From: Nocardia caishijiensis NBRC 108228
GTDB taxonomy: Bacteria > Actinomycetota > Actinomycetes > Mycobacteriales > Mycobacteriaceae
NCBI RefSeq assembly: GCF_001612825.1
Contig: NZ_BDBE01000022.1
Location: forward strand, 19,906-43,905
Direction of reading: 5' to 3'
Length of the DNA: 24,000 nucleotides
Positions within the stretch are counted from its first letter, which is position 1. The number at the start of each line of letters is the position of its first letter. Positions 15,067 through 22,290 of the stretch are shown here, piece by piece. The translations under genes and the position numbers were made by a program. The notes below the pieces were generated by a model, which saw only the letters and a list, made by a program, of their open reading frames with translations, was not told where the DNA came from and ran no database searches.

Positions 15067-15999
15067 ATGCGCATGACAGACAAGACTTCCGGTTTCCGCA
15101 CTGCGGTTGTCCCCGCGGCCGGACTCGGAACGCGTTTTCTGCCTGCGACCAAGACGGTGCCCAAGGAGCTGCTGCCGGTGGTCGACACGCCCGGCATCGA
15201 ACTGGTCGCGGCCGAGGCGGCCGATTCCGGCGCCGACCGGCTGGTGATCGTCACCTCGCCGGGCAAGGACGGTGTGGTCGCCCACTTCGTCGAAGACCTG
15301 GTCCTGGAGAGCACGCTCGCCGAGCGCGGCAAGTTCGCGCTGCTCGAGAAGGTACGCAAGGCGCCGGGCCTGCTCGACGTCACCTCCGTCGTGCAGGAGG
15401 AGCCGCTCGGTCTCGGTCATGCCGTCGCCCAGGCCGAGCCCGTTCTCGACGCCGACGAGGACGCGATCGCGGTGCTGCTGCCCGACGACCTGGTGCTGCC
15501 CTGCGGTGTGCTCGAGACGATGAGCCGGGTGCGCCGGGAGCGTGGCGGCACTGTGCTGTGCGCCATCGACGTGCCGAAGTCACAGGTCAGCGCCTATGGC
15601 GTGTTCGACGTGGAGGACCTGGCCGAGGGCGCGGAGGCCGACGTCCTGCGGGTGCGCGGCATGGTCGAGAAGCCCGACCTGGCCGACGCGCCGTCGACGC
15701 TGGCCGCCGCCGGTCGCTACCTGCTCGACCGCGCGATCTTCGACGCCCTGCGCCGCATCGAGCCGGGCGCGGGCGGCGAGTTGCAGCTCACCGATGCCAT
15801 CGCCCTGCTCATCGCCGAGGATCACCCGGTCCATGTAGTGGTCCATCGTGGGTCGCGCCACGATTTGGGCAACCCGGGCGGTTATCTTCGAGCTGCCGTC
15901 GATTTCGCCCTCGAGCGGGACGAATACGGGCCGCAACTGCGCGAGTGGCTGAAGTTCCGGCTCAGCCCGGAATGGGACCCGCAAGCGCCGGTCGCGTAA
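15067..15999 (+). CDS. galU: UTP--glucose-1-phosphate uridylyltransferase
   Basis: AVVPAAGLGTRFLPATKTVPKELLPVVD is the GalU signature. The start is either ATG 15067 or, with better SD spacing (AGGG 7 nt upstream), ATG 15073. Confidence 0.93.
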   Translation: MRMTDKTSGFRTAVVPAAGLGTRFLPATKTVPKELLPVVDTPGIELVAAEAADSGADRLVIVTSPGKDGVVAHFVEDLVLESTLAERGKFALLEKVRKAPGLLDVTSVVQEEPLGLGHAVAQAEPVLDADEDAIAVLLPDDLVLPCGVLETMSRVRRERGGTVLCAIDVPKSQVSAYGVFDVEDLAEGAEADVLRVRGMVEKPDLADAPSTLAAAGRYLLDRAIFDALRRIEPGAGGELQLTDAIALLIAEDHPVHVVVHRGSRHDLGNPGGYLRAAVDFALERDEYGPQLREWLKFRLSPEWDPQAPVA

Positions 16000-16045
16000 A
16001 ACGATGGGAACCGGCGAAGCCGTCGCCGATACACACAGGAGCTCG

Positions 16046-17305
16046 ATGCGCTCGGTTGAGGATCAGCTGATCAAGGTCACCGCGGCAGCGGTCGCGCCCC
16101 GGCCGGTCCGGGTGGCGATTTCCGAGGCCCAGGGTTTGCTGTGCGCCGAGGACGTGGTCACCGAACGGCCGCTGCCCGGCTTCGACCAGGCCGCCATCGA
16201 CGGCTACGCGGTGCGCAGCGTCGACGTGAGCGCCGCCGGTGCCGAGGTGCGCGACGAAGAGGGCGAACTCATCGACCTCACCCTGCCGGTGGTCGGTGAG
16301 GTGGTCGCGGGTTCGCGTCAGCCGATCCGGCTGCAGCCGAGGCAGACGGTGCGCGTCGACACCGGCGCACCCATGCCGACGCTGGCCGACGCGGTACTCC
16401 CGGTCGACTTCACCGACGGCGGGCGGGCCAGGATCAAGGTGTTCGAGCCCGTGCGCTCCGGCGACTACGTGCGCCGCGTCGGCGACGATGTGCAGCCCGG
16501 TGATGTGGCGGTGCGTGCCGGAACCATCATCGGCGCGGCCCAGGTGGGCCTGCTCGCCGCCGTCGGCCAGGACAAGGTGCTGGTGCATCCGCGGCCTCGG
16601 CTGTCGGTGATCTCCATCGGTGGCGAACTGATCGATATCGACCGCACACCCGGCCCCGGCCAGGTCTACGACGTGAACTCCTACGCGCTGGCCGCCGCCG
16701 CACGTGACGCGGGCGCCGACGTGAACCGGGTTGGCATCGTCAGCGCCGACCCGCGTCGCCTGCGCGATGTGGTCGAAGGCCAGCTGGTGCGCTCGGAGGT
16801 CGTGGTGATCGCGGGCGCGGTCGGCGGGTGGGCCTCGGAGCAGGTACGCGAGGCGCTCGACGGGCTCGGCGAGCTCGAGGTGGACCGGGTGGCCATGCAC
16901 CCCGGGTCCGTGCAGGGCTTCGGACGGCTCGGGCGCGACGAAGTGCCGACCTTCCTGCTGCCGTCGAATCCGGTGAGCGCCCTGGTGGTGTTCGAGGTGA
17001 TGGTGCGGCCGCTGATCCGCATCGCGCTCGGACGGCGTCAGCCGATGCGGCGAATCGTGAACGCGCGCACCATCACTCCCATCACCTCGATGCCGGGCCG
17101 CAAGGGCTACCTGCGCGCCCAGCTGCTGCGTGACGAGGCCACCGGTGACTACCTGGTGCAGCCGCTCGGCAACGGCAACGGCGGTTCCTCGCACCTGCTC
17201 GCGACGCTGGCCGAGGCCAACAGCCTGATCGTGGTCGAACCCGACGACACCGATTTCCGCACCGGTGACGAGGTGCGGGTCGCGTTCCTGGCGCAGCGCG
17301 GCTGA
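16046..17305 (+). CDS. moeA: MoeA-family molybdopterin molybdenumtransferase / gephyrin-like protein (MoeA1/Glp-like)
   Basis: MRSVEDQL start after an AGGAG SD (16037-16041). It shows FDQAAIDGYAVR and the MoeA four-domain length. The tracked ORF starts at 16004. Confidence 0.9.
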   Translation: MRSVEDQLIKVTAAAVAPRPVRVAISEAQGLLCAEDVVTERPLPGFDQAAIDGYAVRSVDVSAAGAEVRDEEGELIDLTLPVVGEVVAGSRQPIRLQPRQTVRVDTGAPMPTLADAVLPVDFTDGGRARIKVFEPVRSGDYVRRVGDDVQPGDVAVRAGTIIGAAQVGLLAAVGQDKVLVHPRPRLSVISIGGELIDIDRTPGPGQVYDVNSYALAAAARDAGADVNRVGIVSADPRRLRDVVEGQLVRSEVVVIAGAVGGWASEQVREALDGLGELEVDRVAMHPGSVQGFGRLGRDEVPTFLLPSNPVSALVVFEVMVRPLIRIALGRRQPMRRIVNARTITPITSMPGRKGYLRAQLLRDEATGDYLVQPLGNGNGGSSHLLATLAEANSLIVVEPDDTDFRTGDEVRVAFLAQRG

Positions 17306-17308
17306 GAA

Positions 17309-17968
17309 GTGGAGTCCATGAACGTCTTCCGGGCCGGTCAGCATCCCGGGTGGCCCGCTCGTCTCGGGCCGGTGATCGTGGCGGGCGGCCAGGTCACGTT
17401 GCGGCCGGTGCGTTTTCGCGACGCCGCCGCCTGGAGTCGCATCCGGCTGCGCGATCGCGACCACCTCGAACCGTGGGAACCGACCGGCCGTGGCAGTTGG
17501 GAGGCGCGCAATCACGCCTCCAACTGGCCGTCGCTGTGGACCAGTCTCAAGGCCGAGGCGCGGCGCGGCGCGATGATCCCGCTGGTCATCGAGGTCGACG
17601 GGCAGTTCAGCGGGCAGCTCACCATCGGCAACATCGTGCGTGGGGCGCTGCGTTCGGCCTGGATCGGGTACTGGGTGGCCAAGGATCTCGGTGGCCAGGG
17701 GGTGGCGACGGCGGCGCTCGGGCTCGGCCTCGACCACTGCTTCGGGCCCGTCGGACTGCACCGGGTCGAGGCCACGGTGCGGCCGGAAAACCTTGCCAGC
17801 CAAGCTGTCCTGCGCAACGTCGGGTTCCGGGAAGAGGGTTTGCTGCGGCGTTACCTCGACGTGGACGGTGCGTGGCGCGATCACCTGCTGGTGGGCTTGA
17901 CTGTCGAAGAAGTAATGGGCACCGTCGTCGATCGCCTGGTCAGGGAGGGTCGAGCGGCGCTGCCGTGA
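17309..17968 (+). CDS. rimJ: GNAT N-acetyltransferase, RimJ-like (Rv0995-like)
   Basis: 219 aa with a GNAT core (IGYWVAKDLGGQGVATAAL...GLHRVEATVRPEN..S..VL...GF..EG). It sits between moeA and the membrane-protein gene, as in M. tuberculosis. Confidence 0.85.
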   Translation: MESMNVFRAGQHPGWPARLGPVIVAGGQVTLRPVRFRDAAAWSRIRLRDRDHLEPWEPTGRGSWEARNHASNWPSLWTSLKAEARRGAMIPLVIEVDGQFSGQLTIGNIVRGALRSAWIGYWVAKDLGGQGVATAALGLGLDHCFGPVGLHRVEATVRPENLASQAVLRNVGFREEGLLRRYLDVDGAWRDHLLVGLTVEEVMGTVVDRLVREGRAALP

Positions 17969-18092
17969 AAATTCTGTTACTCATGTGGCAGGTGTGCACG
18001 GCGCGCCTGCCACACGGGCGCGCGTGCCCGAATTAACCTACGGACGTCGGTAGTGCGTCCACGGATGGACGACACGTTGGCGGGGACGGGAG

Positions 18093-19100
18093 GTGATGAC
18101 CGCGATGCCTAATTCGATCCTGTGGATCGGACTGGTCGTTCTGTGGGTATTCGTCCTGTTCCCGATTCTCGCGGACCGGCATCCCCGGATCCGCCGCACC
18201 ACCGACGCCGCACTCGCCACGCGCGTGCTGCACCGTGGCGGGGCCGAACGACGGATTCGCATCGGGGCGGCGGGCGGTCACGAGAGTGACCCCGACTACC
18301 GCCCCCGTGCGCTGAGCAAACGCCCCCACCGTACCGATTCGGAGGATCGGATGACGACCGATGAGCCCGTCACCGAAGGCGATGACGAAAAGCCCACCGT
18401 CACAGCAGAACTCGACAATCCCGAGCACGGCCCCGACGAAGATCCCGGCGACACCGCCGAACTCACCGACGCCGAGGTCGAAGACGAAGCGGCCGAAGCC
18501 GATCCGGACGAGGACGGCACGCAGGAGCCGTCGGTCGCCGCGCGCATCCCACCCGCGCCGCCCGCCCGCCTCGACGATCTGCCCGAACCCGCTGTCGAGG
18601 ACGACGATGACGACTTCGTCCCGTCGCGGCGCGGACGCGGCGGCTACGACCCCGAGGCCGACGCCATCGCCCGCGCCGCCCGCTACAGCTTCCGTCAGCG
18701 CGCGGTGCTCGGTCTCATCATCGCGGTCATCCTGTTCGCGGCCTTCGGGCTGCTGCTGAACTCGATGTTCTGGTGGGCCTGCGGTCTGTCCGCCGCCGTG
18801 CTCACCGGCTACCTGGCGTACCTGCGCAAGCAGGTGCACGTCGAAGAGGAGATCCGGCGTCGCCGCATGGCCCGCCTCGCCCGCGGCCGCACCCGCGACA
18901 CCGACACCGCCACCCCCGAGGCGGCCACCACCCGCCGCACCATGGACCGCGACACCGCCCGCGCCCTGCGCCGCCGCTCCACCCTCCTCGACACCGACGA
19001 CGAGGACCCGATGTTCGAACACCTCGAAACCTTCGACCCGGCCACCGCCCGCGCCCTCCGCCACCGCGTCGAAGACCTCGGTCGAGCAGTCGGCGAATAG
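18093..19100 (+). CDS. Conserved membrane protein, Rv0996-like; candidate GlpR/SepX-type divisome membrane receptor
   Basis: N-terminal TM (SILWIGLVVLWVFVLFPIL), an acidic low-complexity linker, a second TM pair (AVLGLIIAVILFAAFGLLL...WWACGLSAAVLTGYLAYL) and an Arg-rich tail. The likely true start is ATG 18105, 11 nt after GGAGG. The functional name is by synteny only. Confidence 0.7.
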   Translation: MMTAMPNSILWIGLVVLWVFVLFPILADRHPRIRRTTDAALATRVLHRGGAERRIRIGAAGGHESDPDYRPRALSKRPHRTDSEDRMTTDEPVTEGDDEKPTVTAELDNPEHGPDEDPGDTAELTDAEVEDEAAEADPDEDGTQEPSVAARIPPAPPARLDDLPEPAVEDDDDDFVPSRRGRGGYDPEADAIARAARYSFRQRAVLGLIIAVILFAAFGLLLNSMFWWACGLSAAVLTGYLAYLRKQVHVEEEIRRRRMARLARGRTRDTDTATPEAATTRRTMDRDTARALRRRSTLLDTDDEDPMFEHLETFDPATARALRHRVEDLGRAVGE

Positions 19101-19186
19101 TCGAAGATCCGCAGGTCAGGATGCCGATTCGGTATCCGGCCGCACCGCCTGATACAGTGTCACAGCGCGGTTCGCCAGAGCCGCAC

Positions 19187-19259
19187 GGGGCTATAGCGCA
19201 GTTGGTAGCGCGTCTCGTTCGCATCGAGAAGGTCAGGGGTTCGATTCCCCTTAGCTCCA
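19187..19259 (+). tRNA. tRNA-Ala (anticodon CGC)
   Basis: Hand-folded cloverleaf: acceptor GGGGCTA/TAGCTCC with the G3:U70 Ala identity pair, D arm GCGC/GCGC, anticodon stem TCTCG/CGAGA with loop TTCGCAT, and T arm AGGGG-TTCGATT-CCCCT. Discriminator A. CCA is not encoded. Confidence 0.95.
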
Positions 19260-19263
19260 CAAA

Positions 19264-19293
19264 AAGGCTCATGTTCTCCGGAACATGAGCCTT
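19264..19293 (+). terminator. Rho-independent terminator after tRNA-Ala
   Basis: AAGGCTCATGTTC-tccg-GAACATGAGCCTT: a perfect 13-bp stem followed by CTGTGTTGT. Confidence 0.7.
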
Positions 19294-19295
19294 CT

Positions 19296-19937
19296 GTGTT
19301 GTCCGGTCAGTGGGCTGGTGTGCCGTTCGCTGAGCGCTCACAACGGCTCCTCGGGGACAATCCCCCGGTGACGCTCACTCTCGCCGAACTCACCGGCTAT
19401 ACCGATCGGGGTCTCGACGCCGATCTGGCCCGCTGGTTTCCGGACGCCGACCCCGTATCGATCCCCACCGAAACCCGGGCGGTCGAACCATTTCTCGAAC
19501 GACTCGCCCCGGCCGACGCCGCCGCGCTCGCGGCCTTCGATCGCAGAGTCCGCTCCGGACGGATGCCGCAATTCCTCGACATCTTCGAGTGGTCCTACGC
19601 GTTCGACTTCGCTGCCAACGGCTGCGGGATCCTCGACGCGGACTACAGCACCGAACTGGCTGACGACGACGTGTTCTCCCTCGGCGCCGACGGGGGCGGC
19701 AACCTGTATGTGCTGCTCACCACCGGGCAGGTCGCGGTGTGGTTCCACGAGGAGGAAGTGCTCGAGGGCGACACCCGTTTCGACAACCTCGACGTCTTCC
19801 TGTGGTCGTACGTGCGCTACCGAGCGGTGCGTGCGGGCAGGCTGGCGCTCGCCGATATCGAGGCCGACTTCACCGCGCTCGGCCAGGACGGTGCGCTCGC
19901 CGAGGAACTCGGGTTGTTGAGCCGGATCTCCCAGTAG
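19296..19937 (+). CDS. Hypothetical protein, SMI1/KNR4 (SUKH)-like
   Basis: GC3 is high. The segment FSLGADGGGNLYVLLTTGQVAVWFHEE resembles the SUKH/SMI1-KNR4 core. The tracked start at 19296 abuts the tRNA terminator, so a downstream start (for example GTG 19368) is likely. Confidence 0.45.
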   Translation: MLSGQWAGVPFAERSQRLLGDNPPVTLTLAELTGYTDRGLDADLARWFPDADPVSIPTETRAVEPFLERLAPADAAALAAFDRRVRSGRMPQFLDIFEWSYAFDFAANGCGILDADYSTELADDDVFSLGADGGGNLYVLLTTGQVAVWFHEEEVLEGDTRFDNLDVFLWSYVRYRAVRAGRLALADIEADFTALGQDGALAEELGLLSRISQ

Positions 19938-19978
19938 CCGGGGCCGCCGACTCCGCTACGCGCTCACGTCCGCTCGGT

Positions 19979-20455
19979 TCAGCCGATCAGGGAGCGGAGG
20001 ATCAGGAAGCGGGCCAGGCCCACGGTGGCCATGATCGCCAGCATGGTGGTGGCCTGGGTGAGGTTGCCGAGGGTGGGGGCGAGGGAGTCGAGGGTGGCCA
20101 GGGCGGCGGTGGTGATGCCGAGGCCGATCAGGGCGAGGCCGGTGCCCTGGCATTGGGCGGTGAACCAGGGGACGGCGGTGGTGCGGAAGGTGAGGCGGCG
20201 GTGTAGTTCGTTGGCGATCGCCGTGCTCACGACGGAGCCCGCGATGTTGGCGGTGAGGGGGCCGAGGTCGGCGCAGGCCGTGAACAGCAGGAGGTAGGCG
20301 ATGTTGCTGGTGCCACCGACCACCGCGAAGCGCAGGAGCTGGGCGAGGGGGTGATCGCCGAGCGCGAAGCGACGGGCCCAGGCGTACAGACGGGACCAGT
20401 CCGGTGCGGGGACGACGAGGGGACCGACGACGGGGGCGATGGCGATGCTGTTCAC
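19979..20455 (-). CDS. GtrA-family membrane protein
   Basis: 158 aa with four TM helices. It shows LLRFAVVGGTSNIAYLLLF and NELHRRLTF, which are GtrA-like motifs, and a C-terminal ARFLILR. GTG start. Confidence 0.8.
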   Translation of the reverse strand: MNSIAIAPVVGPLVVPAPDWSRLYAWARRFALGDHPLAQLLRFAVVGGTSNIAYLLLFTACADLGPLTANIAGSVVSTAIANELHRRLTFRTTAVPWFTAQCQGTGLALIGLGITTAALATLDSLAPTLGNLTQATTMLAIMATVGLARFLILRSLIG

Positions 20456-20477
20456 GAGAAGAACCGTCGCCCGCTGT

Positions 20478-20565
20478 GCTGACGCGGAGCTGACGCCGGA
20501 CTGACAGACACCGCCTCGGACAGATGTCAGCGGGGGTGTCAGTGCGCCGTCAGCACGGTATCAGC
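20478..20565. promoter_or_regulatory. Dyad-symmetric array of 11-bp-phased GCTGAC / GTCAGC hexamers (candidate multi-site operator/activator array)
   Basis: Left arm: GCTGAC at 20478 and 20489, aCTGAC at 20500. Right arm: GTCAGC at 20526, GTCAGt at 20538, GTCAGC at 20549, aTCAGC at 20560. The common dyad centre is near 20516. The array lies in the 132-bp divergent gtrA-like/drrA-like intergenic region. Confidence 0.5.
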
Positions 20566-20587
20566 GGGCCGCCCGAATGTTGTCGGC

Positions 20588-21532
20588 ATGAACAGCACAG
20601 CAATCGCCGCCTCGGGGCTGCGGAAGTCCTACGGGGACAAGAAGGTGCTCGACGGCATCGATCTCACCGTCGAGGCGGGCACCATCTTCTCCCTGCTCGG
20701 CCCCAACGGCGCGGGCAAGACCACCACCGTCAACGTCCTCACCACACTGCTGCGGGCCGACGCGGGCACCGCACGGGTGGCGGGCCACGACCTGACGACC
20801 CAGACCAGGGCGGTCCGCAAGGCGATCGGCGTCACCGGCCAGTTCGCCGCCGTCGACGACCTGCTCACCGGTGCGGAGAACCTGCGCCTGATGGCCGACC
20901 TGCACCGCCTGCGCGGCGCGGCGGGCAGACGGGTGGTCGCTGACCTGCTCGAGCGCTTCGACCTGGTCGACGCGGCGAACAAGCAGGCGGGCAGCTACTC
21001 CGGCGGCATGCGCCGCAAGCTCGACCTCGCGATGACGCTGGTGACCAAGCCGCGGATCATCTTCCTCGACGAGCCGACCACCGGCCTCGACCCGCGCAGT
21101 CGCCGCACCGTGTGGGACATGGTGCGCGAACTGACCGGTGCGGGCGTCACGATCTTTCTCACCACCCAGTACCTGGAGGAAGCCGACCAGCTCGCCGACA
21201 AGATCGCGGTGCTCGACCAGGGCAGCATCGTCGCCGAGGGCACCGCGAGCGAACTCAAGCGCCGAATTCCCGGCAGCCACATCAGATTCCGCTTCGCCGA
21301 CAGCACCGAGCTCGCCGCCGCCGCGCGGGCCGTGGCCGGTTCGACTCCCGACGCGGACGATCTCACGCTGAGCGTCCCTGGCGACGGTGGCACGAGAAAC
21401 CTTCGCGCGCTGATGGATCAGCTCGCCGCCCACCACCTCGAGGCCGACGAGGTCTCCATCCACACCCCCGATCTCGACGACGTTTTCCTCGCCCTCACCG
21501 GGCGAGCCACCCAGGAGGCCGAAACCCGATGA
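20588..21532 (+). CDS. ABC transporter ATP-binding protein, DrrA-like (ABC-2 exporter family)
   Basis: Walker A GPNGAGKTT, signature YSGGMRRKLDLA, Walker B IIFLDEPTTGLD. The stop overlaps the permease start (ATGA). There is no SD upstream of the ATG. Confidence 0.9.
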   Translation: MNSTAIAASGLRKSYGDKKVLDGIDLTVEAGTIFSLLGPNGAGKTTTVNVLTTLLRADAGTARVAGHDLTTQTRAVRKAIGVTGQFAAVDDLLTGAENLRLMADLHRLRGAAGRRVVADLLERFDLVDAANKQAGSYSGGMRRKLDLAMTLVTKPRIIFLDEPTTGLDPRSRRTVWDMVRELTGAGVTIFLTTQYLEEADQLADKIAVLDQGSIVAEGTASELKRRIPGSHIRFRFADSTELAAAARAVAGSTPDADDLTLSVPGDGGTRNLRALMDQLAAHHLEADEVSIHTPDLDDVFLALTGRATQEAETR

Positions 21533-22290
21533 GCACCACCACCAATGCGCTGTTCGACTCGTCGGTGATGTTGCGGCGCAACTTCACCCACATCACCCGC
21601 AGCCCCGTCGCCCTCTTCAACGCCGCGTTGATGCCGGTGATGGCGATGCTGATCTTCGTCTACGTCTTCGGTGACGCCTTCGACGTCGGCGCGAACTACA
21701 TCGACTACGCGGTGCCGGGCATGCTCATGCTCGCCATCAGCTACGGGCTGTCCGGCACCGCGGTGTCGGTGAGCTCGGACATGACCAAGGGGGTCATCAA
21801 CCGGTTCAAGGTGATGGATGTGTCGCGGGGTGCCGTACTCACCGGCCACGTCGCGGCCAGCATCGTCACCAACGTGATCGCCCTGACGGCCGTGCTCGGC
21901 GTCGGCTTCGCGCTCGGCTTCCGTTCACCGGCGAGCGCGGTGCAGTGGCTCGGCGCGCTTGGTGTGCTGCTGGCCACCGCCTTCGCCGCCGCCTGGCTCA
22001 CCGTCGCCCTCGGCATGGCCGCCGAAAGTCCGGAGGGCGCGGGGATGTCGGTGGTCCCGATGCTCATGCTGCCCTTCGTGAGCAGCGCGATCGTGCCCGC
22101 CGAGAAGATGGGGCCCGGAGTGCGGCAGTTCGCCGAGTACCAGCCCTTCACGCCCATCATCGAGTCGGTGCGCGGGTTCCTGGCCGGTACGCCCTCCGGC
22201 GGGCACACTCTCGCCGCGCTGGCCTGGTGCGCCGGGTTCGCCGTGATCGGCTATCTGTGGTCGCGTTCGACCTTCAGCAAGCGAGTGTGA
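21529..22290 (+). CDS. ABC-2 type transporter permease, DrrB-like
   Basis: Internal ATG 21529 (MSTTTNALFDSSVMLRRNF...) after an AGGAGG SD. It has six predicted TM helices. The tracked ORF from 21112 is an off-frame extension through drrA. Confidence 0.88.
   Translation: MSTTTNALFDSSVMLRRNFTHITRSPVALFNAALMPVMAMLIFVYVFGDAFDVGANYIDYAVPGMLMLAISYGLSGTAVSVSSDMTKGVINRFKVMDVSRGAVLTGHVAASIVTNVIALTAVLGVGFALGFRSPASAVQWLGALGVLLATAFAAAWLTVALGMAAESPEGAGMSVVPMLMLPFVSSAIVPAEKMGPGVRQFAEYQPFTPIIESVRGFLAGTPSGGHTLAALAWCAGFAVIGYLWSRSTFSKRV

Noticed and set aside
15962-17884. 640-aa minus-strand ORF antisense to moeA and rimJ. Likewise 5500-6645 (antisense to mprB), 7463-8389 (antisense to pepD) and 21925-23955 (off-frame within the STAND gene).
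   Set aside because: Same reasoning. The sense-strand genes have strong family signatures, and the antisense products are low-complexity with no motifs.
20471-20570. Reading the GCTGAC/GTCAGC array as one long RNA or DNA stem-loop (attenuator or terminator).
   Set aside because: When the arms are aligned, only the hexamers and one 9-mer pair. The spacers between them are largely non-complementary and the right arm has an extra copy. A protein-binding array fits better.
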